DNA from: Candidatus Zhuqueibacterota bacterium
GTDB taxonomy: Bacteria > Zhuqueibacterota > Zhuqueibacteria > Residuimicrobiales > Residuimicrobiaceae
Length of the DNA: 64,000 nt
NCBI GenBank assembly: GCA_963169875.1
Contig: CAUJEL010000197.1
Location: forward strand, 12,395 to 76,394
Reading direction: 5' to 3'
In this document: positions 28,100 through 37,721 of the stretch, in pieces
How the letters are laid out: each line of letters begins with the position of its first letter
Numbering within the stretch: the first letter of the stretch is position 1
Notes under the pieces: model-generated
What the model was told of the DNA's origin: nothing
Seen by the model: the letters and a program-made list of their open reading frames with translations, nothing else
Databases searched by the model: none
Position numbers and translations under genes: made by a program

Positions 28100-29227
28100 T
28101 TGAGGATCCTTTTGTCAACCAACTCAGGTCATCTATACGATCCTCTCAGCGCCGCGGCCTATCCGCTCGACGCGCCGCGCTGGCGCAGCGACAGCGGCGG
28201 CCTGCTGTCGCTGGCCTGGAATGGTTCCTGGGGTCCCGATGTGGTGAAGTCCAGGACAGCGACCTTGTGGCGCTACCGCGAAGCTCTGCCCCTCGCGAAC
28301 GACGCGAATATCATTTCCATGGGCGAGGGATTTACCCCGCTGCTTGCTACATCGCGTCAGAATCGAAAAGTCTGGATCAAGCAGGAGCAGCTTTTTCCGA
28401 CCGGCTCCTACAAAGACCGTGGCGCTTCCGTGTTGATCAGCAAGGCGAAGGAACTGGGCATCCGTCAGGTGGTCCAGGATTCATCGGGCAATGCCGGCTG
28501 CGCCATAGCCGCCTACTGCGCCCGCGCCGGCATCGCCTGCGATATCTACGTCCCAGAGAAAACATCGCCCGCCAAACTGGCGCAGATTCGCAGCTACGGC
28601 GCGCGCCTCGTCCTCGTCCCCGGCACCCGGGAGCAAACCGCCCTGGCGGCTCTCGAAGCCGCCCGGAACACCTATTATGCCAGTCACTGCTGGAACCCGT
28701 TTTTTCTCCACGGCACTAAAACCTTCGCCTATGAGATCTGGGAGCAGTTGGGCGGGAAAGCGCCGCATGCGCTGGTTCTGCCGGTGGGAAACGGAACCTT
28801 GCTGCTGGGCGCTTTTATCGGATTTACTGATCTTTTGCAATGGGGGTATGTGGACAGATTGCCCAGGTTGATTGGCGTTCAGTCCGCCAACTGCGCGCCG
28901 CTGGCGCAGGCTTTCGCCCGCGAGGTGGAGGCCCCCTGGCCGATCGAAAAGCAGGACACTATCGCGGAAGGCATCGCCATCGCTGAGCCCGTCCGCGGCC
29001 GCGAAATACTGCAGGCCGTGGCCAGCAGCGGCGGCCATTTCATCACGGTTTCTGAAGAAGAGATAGCTACGGTCTGGCGGGAGTTGGCTCTGCAGGGTTT
29101 TTATGTCGAGCCCACGGCCGCGGCCGGCATTGCCGGCCTGGATCGTTACTTGAACAAAACGCCTGAATCAGAAATTATCGTCTCGGCCTTCACCGGCCAT
29201 GGACTCAAATCCCCGACCGGGCATTAG
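28100..29227 (+). CDS. Threonine-synthase-like PLP-dependent enzyme (tryptophan-synthase beta fold)
   Basis: LWRYREALPL...GEGFTPLL start and FPTGSYKDRGASV (PLP lysine) motif, plus a Gly-rich SSGNAG loop. The length fits a short-form ThrC. Confidence 0.6.
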   Translation: MRILLSTNSGHLYDPLSAAAYPLDAPRWRSDSGGLLSLAWNGSWGPDVVKSRTATLWRYREALPLANDANIISMGEGFTPLLATSRQNRKVWIKQEQLFPTGSYKDRGASVLISKAKELGIRQVVQDSSGNAGCAIAAYCARAGIACDIYVPEKTSPAKLAQIRSYGARLVLVPGTREQTALAALEAARNTYYASHCWNPFFLHGTKTFAYEIWEQLGGKAPHALVLPVGNGTLLLGAFIGFTDLLQWGYVDRLPRLIGVQSANCAPLAQAFAREVEAPWPIEKQDTIAEGIAIAEPVRGREILQAVASSGGHFITVSEEEIATVWRELALQGFYVEPTAAAGIAGLDRYLNKTPESEIIVSAFTGHGLKSPTGH

Positions 29228-30281
29228 CTTTTTCCCATTCCAAAATGGCATCGAGCAGCTTCTCCGGACCGAAGCGAATCACGTCGGTGACCGGAAGGTT
29301 CATTTCATCCTCCACCCGCTCGATCTCTCGCCGTGCATTCTCATCCTGGAAATCCATCAGGTTTAAGGCCACGCCAATCACCCTGGCCGGATATACGGGA
29401 CGCGTTATCGCTTCATAGAGGGATCTCACTTCCTGCAGAGGGGCGATGGGCGTCTCCGGCGTGCCGCGCATGATGGTGCGGCCGGCCGGATGGCAGAGGA
29501 TGAGCAGCTGCGGCGCAAAGCCGTAGAGCATGCTCAGCGTTACGCCCGCATAAAGGGGGTGGGTGATGGCGCCCTGGCCTTCGATGAGCAGGTAATCGTA
29601 ATCCTCTGCTTCGAGGACGAGCCGTTCCGCGGCGCCGGCGACGAAATCGGAGATGACCCGGTCCATGGCCATGCCGCGGCCGCTGATGAGAACGCCGGTC
29701 TGGCCCGTGGCAATGAAAGTGGATTTCAGGCCGCGTTCGCGCATGGCTCGATCCAGTTCAAGGGCGGTGATCTTTTTGCCGCAGTTGCAGTCCGTGCCAA
29801 CGGTATGGATGCGCAGATTATCCAGTTTGGCGGCGCGGCATTTGTTGACGCTCAGGTCGTCGGGCACACGGCGCAGATCGATCAATTGGACGCCGTGCTG
29901 CTGTGCGGCCCGGCTGAATTCTTCATCTTGCGACAAAAAGTGATGCAATCCGCTGATGACCTGCAAGCCATGGTTGATGGCGTTGAGGATGATCGCGCGC
30001 CAGGGCAGCGGCAGCTGTCCGCCCGGCGGCGTGATGCCGATGAGCAGGGCGTTGGCGCCCAGAGCGATGGCCTGCTCCAGCGTCGCCACAATGGGTACAC
30101 CGACGCCGGTTCCCATGAGTTCGCCGGCGTCGCGGTCGGCCTGGTCGCTGTCGAGCAGCGCAATCACAGCGTTGCGGCGATAGCGCAGCATGCCCGCCGC
30201 GGTCTTGGCGGGCGTGGGATGCGTCTGGCCCTGGGTTAATATCACATAGCGAAGTTGGGAGGGTAGCCATGGTGCGTGCAT
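29205..30281 (-). CDS. DUF1611-domain protein (Rossmann-like, function unknown)
   Basis: Typical DUF1611 blocks ...LLIGITPPGGQLP..W...I..AI..GL.VISGLH... and the C-terminal DUF1611 region. Start set at the internal ATG at 30281. Confidence 0.55.
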   Translation of the reverse strand: MHAPWLPSQLRYVILTQGQTHPTPAKTAAGMLRYRRNAVIALLDSDQADRDAGELMGTGVGVPIVATLEQAIALGANALLIGITPPGGQLPLPWRAIILNAINHGLQVISGLHHFLSQDEEFSRAAQQHGVQLIDLRRVPDDLSVNKCRAAKLDNLRIHTVGTDCNCGKKITALELDRAMRERGLKSTFIATGQTGVLISGRGMAMDRVISDFVAGAAERLVLEAEDYDYLLIEGQGAITHPLYAGVTLSMLYGFAPQLLILCHPAGRTIMRGTPETPIAPLQEVRSLYEAITRPVYPARVIGVALNLMDFQDENARREIERVEDEMNLPVTDVIRFGPEKLLDAILEWEKANARSGI

Positions 30282-30344
30282 AGTGTTCAGACCTGACAGA
30301 TTGGCATGAAAAGGTTCTGCTCTGTTGTTAATTATATGCTGACA

Positions 30345-30433
30345 CGCATAATTCACCGCCAGGAACGTGGAGATGCGCAGAGAAAAACTAACCTGAATTA
30401 TTCACCGCCAAGGACGTAGAGGTACGCAAAGAA
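30345..30433 (+). repeat. Imperfect 37-bp direct repeat (2 copies, period 52) in the DUF1611/YitT upstream region
   Basis: attcaccgccaggaacgtggagatgcgcagagaaaaa and attcaccgccaaggacgtagaggtacgcaaagaaaag share about 30 of 37 positions. Confidence 0.4.
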
Positions 30434-30567
30434 AAGAAAAACATAAAAATGGCATTGATAACAACTTTGATGACTGAGATGAATTTTTAATCAAAAACTT
30501 TTCGATAATTATAATAAAAATGGCTCGGCGGCCTCTGCGCGCCCGGCGGTTTATGGACGGGAAATTT

Positions 30568-31521
30568 TTAGATGCGTCCCCGGAATCCTTCTCCCAAGAC
30601 TTCGTGAACATTATTGAGTATGACAAAGGCTTTGGGATCGATGGCTTTGACCACCTGGACCAGGGTGCCGATCTCTTTCCGGCTCAGCACGGTATAGATA
30701 ACCTTGCGCGGCTGGTTGGTGAACACACCTTGCGCGTCCACCAGCGTGGCGCCCCGCCCCATATCGTTGACAATGTGCTGACTGATCTCATCCGCTTTTT
30801 CAGAGACGATGAGTGCGGAGCGAGCATAGTCGAATCCGTCAAGGATGACATCCACGAGACGGCTGGAGACGAAGAGCAGAAAGAAAGCGTACAGGGTCAG
30901 CGTCAACGCCGGGCGGTCCAGGGAAAGGTGTTTAAAATGGATGACAAATCCGGCGAATGTGATCACCAGGGAATCGACGGCCATGAACACCATGCCGGGT
31001 TTCAGACCCCAGCGTTTTTGGCCGACGGCGGCCAGGACATCGGAACCGGCGGTGCTGCCGCGGAATTTAAAAATGATGCCCAATCCCAAGCCCAGCAGGA
31101 CGCTGCCGATGAGAATGAGAAAGAGAAAATCGCTTTGGCGCAGGTTGACGATGGCCGGATGCTCATGCAAACGGATGCTGCCCAGTCCGGGGATCTCGCC
31201 GCGCAGCATATCAATGAAGAAAGAGTTGGCGGAGAAACCGACAAAGGTGCGGGCGCCGAACTGCTTGCCGAGTTCGCGCACGCCCCAGATGTAGAGGGGA
31301 ATGTTGAAAATCCACATGGTCAAACCGACGGGTATTTTATCGCCGGAGAGATAGTGAATGGCCATGGACAATCCGCTGACCCCGCCGGGCACAACCTTGG
31401 CGTCGACGAGAAAGATGGCGATGCCGGCCGCCATGATGAAGGCGCCGAAGAGGATGGCGATATAATCCATGACGATGGTTTGCGAAGTGATGAGTTTTTT
31501 GATCTTTTTCCTGGCGACCAT
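30568..31521 (-). CDS. YitT-family membrane protein (DUF161 + DUF2179)
   Basis: YitT N-terminal membrane domain (DYIAILFGAFIMAAGIAIFL, GGVSGLSM) with the C-terminal DUF2179 region. Confidence 0.75.
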   Translation of the reverse strand: MVARKKIKKLITSQTIVMDYIAILFGAFIMAAGIAIFLVDAKVVPGGVSGLSMAIHYLSGDKIPVGLTMWIFNIPLYIWGVRELGKQFGARTFVGFSANSFFIDMLRGEIPGLGSIRLHEHPAIVNLRQSDFLFLILIGSVLLGLGLGIIFKFRGSTAGSDVLAAVGQKRWGLKPGMVFMAVDSLVITFAGFVIHFKHLSLDRPALTLTLYAFFLLFVSSRLVDVILDGFDYARSALIVSEKADEISQHIVNDMGRGATLVDAQGVFTNQPRKVIYTVLSRKEIGTLVQVVKAIDPKAFVILNNVHEVLGEGFRGRI

Positions 31522-31689
31522 ATGAAATAGCCTTTCTGGGAGAAATAGTGTAAAGCATTTACAGACATTAAAATATTAAAAAAAAACAAAATGAGCAAGA
31601 GACTTTAACCGGGCTGGTAAAATTTGCTTGCGCTGGGTACTCTGGCTGAGTATATTATGCAAATTGCGGCATCCATGTGAGGTTGGATC

Positions 31690-34617
31690 ATGCTTGTGAC
31701 TCATTTTCCTGGCAACACCCGCATCAGCGCGTTTCTGTTTTTCGGTCTTTTGTGGTATTTCTGTGCAACCACCATGTCCGTTACAGCTGCAACTTTTATC
31801 ACGCAGGTGAGCGGCATCGGGAATGATGCCGCGCAGCAGAGAGGCAAGGCGGTGCGCATCAGCCGCATTGAACTCGGGCCGGCCAAATCCACGAACCGCG
31901 AGCGCACCTTTCCCCTACAGGTGCATCTCGCCACAACTGAAAGCACAATACAATCAGGAGTCCTTCTCTTTGATGCCGGACGGATGCAAACCCGGCAGAT
32001 ACCCTTTTCCGTGAAGGATTCCACCACCCTGGTCATAAGTCTCAGTTCACGGGATCTACAGATACTCATCGGCCGCCGCGCCGGCTTGAGCTGTATCTGC
32101 GGCGGCGACATGAGCGACAGCCGTTTTTTCAGGCTCGACCCCGAAATGGCAATGAGAAGTCTTTTTGCGGATGAACGATTGCCCCAGAATGCCGCTGTCC
32201 TGGCGCAGATGTGGAATGACTTGCGCGAGAACGCGCACTGGTACACCCTGCTCAGCGGCGATACCCTCGAGGTGATCGAAAAAACAGCCGCAGCGGCCTG
32301 GCCCGCCGCTGCAGCGGATAATTGGCCGCAGCTTCTGACGGCACTGACCCAGGGACTGGGATCCATCATCGAAGCGTGCAAACCCTTCAAACAAGACACC
32401 CTGCACCTGATCCCGGCGCCGCTTTTCAGCCGCACTGATCCAATCTCCTCGAACAGCTTGCAGCGTATTTTGCAGATACTCGATCAGTTCCCCCAGATAA
32501 AACTGGCGCAGGATGACCTGTTTCTGCTGAGAAGACTGCAGAATGGTGATCCCGAGGTGTTCGACCTGCTCAGAGGCTGGGCCAGGGAACGGCGGCTTGA
32601 ATGGATCGGCGCGCCCTGGGGCGCTGATCTGGCACCGGAAGAGGGCGGGGATGATCTCCTCCGCCAGTTCGCCTTTTCCATGGATTATCTCCAGCAGCAA
32701 CTGGGCACGAAAGCCGTCTTGGGCAAGAGTTCCACCGCCCCGGCTTTTCTCCCTGCGCTCATCTCATCCGATTCTTATGCCGGATGGATTCATTCTATCG
32801 CCGACAGCGGCAAAACCCTCTCCACCTGGAAAGCCGCAGACTATTCCAGACTCGATCTCATCACCATCCGGGCAGAGGATAATTTACCTCCTTTGCACGA
32901 TATCGCGGGAACGATTCGTAATGCACAACGACAAGGTATTCGCCATTTTCCACTCACGTTCTCTCTCTCCAGGGGGCCTGTGGATTCGACGCTGCAAAAA
33001 CTGGACAAGATGATCAATCTCCTCGCTTTTCCGGCCGTCAAATTTGACAGCTGGAGCGGATTCCTCGCCACTATCCGCCGACCAGGCAAAACAGCCGCAC
33101 AAACCGTTCAAAGGCCTGTTTTTCATGGAGCGCTTCAACCCCCATCGACCCCTGGACAGACGGGGAATGCCCTGATTTCCCATCAGCAAAAACGGTTGCG
33201 GGATGCCGAAACGCTCTGCATCATGGCGGATCTGCCGGTTGATGCAACCCTGCAGCAGGCCTGGATTTCCCTTTTTGATGAGATGCACGGCACTGCGCCG
33301 CCAACCCTGCAACTCGATTCGCTGCTTGAACCAATCGTGACAGCCGCCCTCGCAAAAATAGCCTCTACCCATCCGGCCAGAGGCAAGGGCACACCGCTGC
33401 TGGTGGTGAACACCCTGCCATGGACAAGAACCGCACTGGTTTCATTAAATGCACGTCAATTTCCCGCCTTTGATGTGATTGCTGATTCTGCAAATCATAG
33501 TATGGATTTTCAGCGATCTGGCGATCAAATTATTTTTACAGCAGAAGCGGTACCTTCGCTGGGATATACCACGTTTTGGCTTAAGTCTGGCAAGTCCAAA
33601 CCCCCTGTATCCGGGATTAACGTTTCAGAAATGGTGATCGAGAACGATTCCCTGAAGATCGAGATCAATCCGGGCAACGGCCAGCTGCGAACGGTCCTGG
33701 ATAAAAGCCGGCAGCTGTCACTCCTGCCCGGCGGGAGAGAGGCGTTAAAAATCGTAGCTGTCGCGAACGGTTCGACGACGAACCCCCGCTTGTCGCCGGA
33801 ACGGGTGGAATCGATCAGCATCGTGGAACCAGGTCCACTGCGTGCTGCGGTGCAGCATGTGCGGACTTCCGAAGCGGCCAGGTTGGTCCAGGAGGTCCGG
33901 TTGACAGCGGACGCGCCGCATGTGGATATCCATCTTTCCGGCGAATGGCAGGGCGCAGTTGAGGGATTGGATGTGACCATTCCGCTGCTCCGGCCGTTCA
34001 TCTCCGCCTGGCACGGATCCTGTTTTGGCATTGAAAAGATGGAACTCGCCCACGGGGAGAAGCGGCTGTTTTTTATCGAGGAGGCTTTTCAGGGCGGCAC
34101 AGCGGATGCCGGTGCTCTTTTGCTGGCCGTGGGCGCTCCGGTGTGGTGCACCCTCAGCGATGATGAACTGGTACTGCACGTGCGCCAGAGAACACGCCAG
34201 GGCGCTGAAGTGACACCCTTTGATTTTGCCTTCACCCTGATCTTCACCGCCGCGCCCGGCGACCTGCAGGGTGCGCTTCAGAGGACGCGTTCGCTTCAGG
34301 TTCCATTAACGTCTGTGCAGCCGTCCTGGAACAGCAAGGAAAAAGGGATTCAGAGCACCAGTCTGTTGCGCTGCGACGGCAAGGATGTGATTTTGCAGAC
34401 TGTGAAGCCGGCTCGGGACGGCAACGGCATGGTGTTGCGTCTGACCGCTCTGACCGATGAATCCCGGCGGGTCAAGATCAGCGGACCCCTGTTGTCCCGA
34501 TTTAAAAAGGCGTATTTGACCAATCCACTCGAGACGAAAAAAGAAGCTTTCCTTTTTGACAAGAACCTGAATGTTGAGCTCAAGCCATTCGCACTGGTCA
34601 CCCTGGTGCTGGAATGA
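31690..34617 (+). CDS. GH38-like (alpha-mannosidase family) secreted protein with a divergent catalytic core
   Basis: The middle and C-terminal regions resemble GH38 blocks (RRLEWIGAPWG...DLLRQFAF ~ GRlEfvGGgW...sLiRQf; NTLPWTRTALV ~ NpLgwer; the C-terminal beta-sandwich region). The nucleophile block (W-IDPFGHS in GH38) reads SSTAPAF here, with no Asp. Signal peptide present; 975 aa. Confidence 0.4.
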   Translation: MLVTHFPGNTRISAFLFFGLLWYFCATTMSVTAATFITQVSGIGNDAAQQRGKAVRISRIELGPAKSTNRERTFPLQVHLATTESTIQSGVLLFDAGRMQTRQIPFSVKDSTTLVISLSSRDLQILIGRRAGLSCICGGDMSDSRFFRLDPEMAMRSLFADERLPQNAAVLAQMWNDLRENAHWYTLLSGDTLEVIEKTAAAAWPAAAADNWPQLLTALTQGLGSIIEACKPFKQDTLHLIPAPLFSRTDPISSNSLQRILQILDQFPQIKLAQDDLFLLRRLQNGDPEVFDLLRGWARERRLEWIGAPWGADLAPEEGGDDLLRQFAFSMDYLQQQLGTKAVLGKSSTAPAFLPALISSDSYAGWIHSIADSGKTLSTWKAADYSRLDLITIRAEDNLPPLHDIAGTIRNAQRQGIRHFPLTFSLSRGPVDSTLQKLDKMINLLAFPAVKFDSWSGFLATIRRPGKTAAQTVQRPVFHGALQPPSTPGQTGNALISHQQKRLRDAETLCIMADLPVDATLQQAWISLFDEMHGTAPPTLQLDSLLEPIVTAALAKIASTHPARGKGTPLLVVNTLPWTRTALVSLNARQFPAFDVIADSANHSMDFQRSGDQIIFTAEAVPSLGYTTFWLKSGKSKPPVSGINVSEMVIENDSLKIEINPGNGQLRTVLDKSRQLSLLPGGREALKIVAVANGSTTNPRLSPERVESISIVEPGPLRAAVQHVRTSEAARLVQEVRLTADAPHVDIHLSGEWQGAVEGLDVTIPLLRPFISAWHGSCFGIEKMELAHGEKRLFFIEEAFQGGTADAGALLLAVGAPVWCTLSDDELVLHVRQRTRQGAEVTPFDFAFTLIFTAAPGDLQGALQRTRSLQVPLTSVQPSWNSKEKGIQSTSLLRCDGKDVILQTVKPARDGNGMVLRLTALTDESRRVKISGPLLSRFKKAYLTNPLETKKEAFLFDKNLNVELKPFALVTLVLE

Positions 34618-34638
34618 GCGTGTCCGGGAGGTGAAACG

Positions 34639-36060
34639 ATGAAAGCATGGATTTATCGTTTTTTCAACCTGCAGCAGGAAGGCAGCACCATTTACACCGA
34701 ATTTCTGGCTGGATTGACGACGTACATCACCATGGCCTATATCATTTTTGTGAATCCGGCTATATTGGTTCTATCCGGAATGGATCACGGCGCTGTCTTC
34801 GTGGCTACGATTCTATCCGCGGTGATCGCGACCTTGATCATGGGGCTCTATGCCAATGTGCCTTTTGCGCAGGCGCCGGGCATGGGATTGAATGCTTTTT
34901 TCGCCATCACGGTTGTTATCGGCATGGGCATTCCCTGGCAACAGGCGCTGGCCCTGGTTTTTTTGTGCGGTGTCATCAATTTCATCATTGTGGTCACGAA
35001 TGTCCGCAAGATGCTGATCCGTGCGATTCCGCTGTCGCTGCAATATGCCATCGGCGGGGGCATCGGACTTTTCATCGCCTATATCGGATTCAAGAACGCC
35101 CATTTCCTCGATTTTGTCGTGGAGGGCGCCAATGTGGTGGTTGCGACGGTTGAGGATGGCCGGGTCGTTCAGGCTGTGGCCAGGGATGTGATCCCCAGCC
35201 TGGCTAAATTTTCCGACCCCATGTCCATTCTTGCATTTGCGGGTTTGCTGGTCACGGTCGTGTTAATGCTTTTACGCGTGCACGGCGCCATTCTCCTGGG
35301 GATCATCTTCACCACGTTGCTGGGATGGATGATCGGCGTCGTTCATTGGCCTTCGCTGCGCTGGCAGGATTTTCTCCCGCCTTCGATCGAGCCAACACTG
35401 TTCAAACTGGATTTTTCCGGCTTGTTCGGCCAACCTGGCCAGTTTTTTTCGGCGCTCACCCTGATACTCGCGTTCAGTCTGGCGGATATCTTTGATACCG
35501 TCGGCACCTTCATTGGCGCCGGACGCAAGGTCGGCATTCTCGAGGAAGAGGGGACGGGGAAGCCGCAGTTCAGCCGCGGCATAAAAAGCAAAATGGACCG
35601 GGCTTTGTTTGCCGACGGCATTGCCACCTCCATGGGCGCTTTGCTCGGCACCAGTAATGTCACCAGCTATGTCGAAAGTGCGGCGGGCATCAGCGTGGGC
35701 GGGCGCACCGGCCTCACCTCGGTGTTCACTTCCATGTTCTTTTTGCTGTCGCTTTTTATCGCGCCCTTTGCGTTGATGATCCCAGCGGCGGCCACGGCTG
35801 CGGCATTGATCGTGGTCGGCATTCTGATGATGGAGAGTATTGCCCGGATTGGGTGGGATAATTTTGAAGAGGCGGCAGCTGCCTTTTTCACCGTGGTGAT
35901 GATGCCCTTCACCTACAGCATTTCCAATGGCGTCGCGGCTGGATTCATCTTTTATGTGCTGGCGATGCTGGTGCGCGGCAGAGGCAGAGAGGTGCATCCG
36001 CTGATGTATATAGTCACTGCGTTGTTTTTCATCAATTTTGTCATCCAGGCCATTAAATAG
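34639..36060 (+). CDS. NCS2-family purine permease, AzgA/PbuG-type (adenine/guanine/hypoxanthine)
   Basis: STIYTEFLAGLTTYITMAYIIFVNPAIL start and GMGLNAFF motif; about 13 TM helices; 473 aa. Confidence 0.8.
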   Translation: MKAWIYRFFNLQQEGSTIYTEFLAGLTTYITMAYIIFVNPAILVLSGMDHGAVFVATILSAVIATLIMGLYANVPFAQAPGMGLNAFFAITVVIGMGIPWQQALALVFLCGVINFIIVVTNVRKMLIRAIPLSLQYAIGGGIGLFIAYIGFKNAHFLDFVVEGANVVVATVEDGRVVQAVARDVIPSLAKFSDPMSILAFAGLLVTVVLMLLRVHGAILLGIIFTTLLGWMIGVVHWPSLRWQDFLPPSIEPTLFKLDFSGLFGQPGQFFSALTLILAFSLADIFDTVGTFIGAGRKVGILEEEGTGKPQFSRGIKSKMDRALFADGIATSMGALLGTSNVTSYVESAAGISVGGRTGLTSVFTSMFFLLSLFIAPFALMIPAAATAAALIVVGILMMESIARIGWDNFEEAAAAFFTVVMMPFTYSISNGVAAGFIFYVLAMLVRGRGREVHPLMYIVTALFFINFVIQAIK

Positions 36061-36071
36061 AGGATTGCATC

Positions 36072-37046
36072 ATGAACATGCGTGCCATTCGCGTTGAAGC
36101 GCTCGGCGCCGCGGACGTGCTGGTCGAACGTCCAGTCGCCGTGCCGCAGCCGGGTCCCGGTGAAGCCTTGATCCGGTTGGAATCCGTTGGAGTCAATTTC
36201 ATCGATATTTATCACCGCACCGGCGTTTACAAGGTGCCGCTGCCCTTCACGCCCGGACAGGAGGGCGCGGGGCTGGTTGAAAAAGTGGGAGAAGGCGTGC
36301 AGCAGCACAAGCCCGGCGACCGCGTCGCCTGGGCCATGCAGATGGGGTCCTATGCCGAATATGCCGTGGTACCGGCCTGGAAACTGGTACGGCTTCCGGT
36401 TGGCATTCCCATGGATGTCGCGGCTGCGACCATGCTGCAGGGCATGACCGCCCACTATCTGACGCACGACACCTTCCGGCTCGCGCCGGGTCATGTGGCG
36501 CTGGTTCAGGCTGCGGCCGGGGCCACGGGGCAGTTGATCCTGCAGATCGGCAAGCTCTGCGGCGCACGGATGATCGCATCGGTGGGCAGTCCCGAAAAGG
36601 AAGAGATCGCGCGCGCCAGCGGCGCCGATGACGTCATCATCTATAAAAATGAGGACTGGCCGCAACAGGTTAAAAACATGACCGGAGGGGCCGGCGTGGA
36701 TGTGGTCTACGATTCGGTCGGCAAAGCCACGGTTCAGGGGAGCATGGCATGCCTGCGGCCGCGCGGTTATCTGGCGCTGTTCGGTCAAGCGAGCGGGGTG
36801 GTGGCGCCGCTGGATCCGGCGCACCTCGCCTCCGGCGGCTCGCTCTATTTAACCCGGCCGATACTGGCCCATTATGCCAGCACAGCCGCAGAGATCGAGG
36901 GGCGCACGCGCGAATTGTTCGGCTGGGTGGAACGCGGTCAGCTGAAAATAACCATCGACCGGATTTTCCCGCTTTCAGCCGCGGCTTCCGCACACCGCCA
37001 TCTCGAGAGCCGCCAGGCCAAAGGCAAGATTTTGCTGCATCCGTGA
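36072..37046 (+). CDS. NADPH:quinone oxidoreductase (zinc-independent medium-chain dehydrogenase/reductase family, Qor-like)
   Basis: GEALIRLESVGVNFIDIYHRTGVY and AAGATGQLILQIGK (cofactor-binding GxGxxG-like) motifs; 324 aa. Confidence 0.8.
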   Translation: MNMRAIRVEALGAADVLVERPVAVPQPGPGEALIRLESVGVNFIDIYHRTGVYKVPLPFTPGQEGAGLVEKVGEGVQQHKPGDRVAWAMQMGSYAEYAVVPAWKLVRLPVGIPMDVAAATMLQGMTAHYLTHDTFRLAPGHVALVQAAAGATGQLILQIGKLCGARMIASVGSPEKEEIARASGADDVIIYKNEDWPQQVKNMTGGAGVDVVYDSVGKATVQGSMACLRPRGYLALFGQASGVVAPLDPAHLASGGSLYLTRPILAHYASTAAEIEGRTRELFGWVERGQLKITIDRIFPLSAAASAHRHLESRQAKGKILLHP

Positions 37047-37334
37047 GGTACATCGGCGATCGACGAACGGGCTGGCAGGGCGGGTTGAAAAGTCCGGATA
37101 GCTTTGTTTTGGAAAGGACGGTTCTGTGGGCCGATGCGCCTCGTCGACCTGAGGTGGCATCATTATGACCGCAGTGACTGGAGTAGAAGCCTCCACCAAA
37201 GGATACGACTCCCGACTGGTCAGACGGTTCTGCAAGGCCTGCAAGATGCTTTCATGACAGAATGGCAAAAATACCCCCCGATGTCATCCTTGTAAGGATC
37301 TTTTATGCTGCGCGGGACAATTTGCCGTTTTGAC

Positions 37335-37700
37335 TCATCCCCCCGCTTTTTTCGCCTTGAATCCCTGCTTGATCAGCTCCGCCACAATGGCATCGCGATG
37401 GTCACCCTGGATTTCGATAACGCCGTCCTTGATGGTGCCGCCTGCGCCGCATTTCTGTTTCAGCGATTTGGCCAAATCCTCAACCGCCGCGGCGGGCAAG
37501 CTTAGCCCCGTCACCACCGTCACTCCTTTGCCCTTGCGGCCCTTGGTCTCCCGTCCCACGCGCACGATGCCATCTCCTTTGAGAGACGGTGAGGATTTTT
37601 TGCAAATGCACTCGGCCATGCTTTTACCGCAACTGGGGCACATCCGGCCGGTGGTGGTTGAATAGACGGTCTTACTTGATTTGTCATCAGAGTGTTTCAT
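37335..37700 (-). CDS. yciH: Translation initiation factor SUI1/eIF1 family protein (YciH-like)
   Basis: C-terminal SUI1 domain (VRVGRETKGRKGKGVTVVTGL...GGTIKDGVIEIQGDHRDAIVAELIKQGF). Confidence 0.8.
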   Translation of the reverse strand: MKHSDDKSSKTVYSTTTGRMCPSCGKSMAECICKKSSPSLKGDGIVRVGRETKGRKGKGVTVVTGLSLPAAAVEDLAKSLKQKCGAGGTIKDGVIEIQGDHRDAIVAELIKQGFKAKKAGG

Positions 37701-37721
37701 AAGTTGTTACCCCGCTCGCTT

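Noticed and set aside
27754-28122. 122-aa ORF with an internally repeated peptide (VQFPDDSAIANVRSSGFSRQKRRLKA x2)
   Set aside because: The repeated peptide is just the translation of the tandem 79-bp palindromic DNA repeat, and the ORF lies in an intergenic repeat. Structural DNA is far more likely than a coding sequence.
37047-37334. 288-bp gene-free gap between qor and the SUI1 gene, considered as a possible small RNA gene (6S/SRP/tmRNA) or tRNA
   Set aside because: No tRNA T-loop or anticodon-stem signatures, no SRP RNA domain-IV motif and no obvious tmRNA tag ORF. There is only a weak hairpin (atccttgtaaggat) with a short T-run, more consistent with a bidirectional terminator for the convergent genes.
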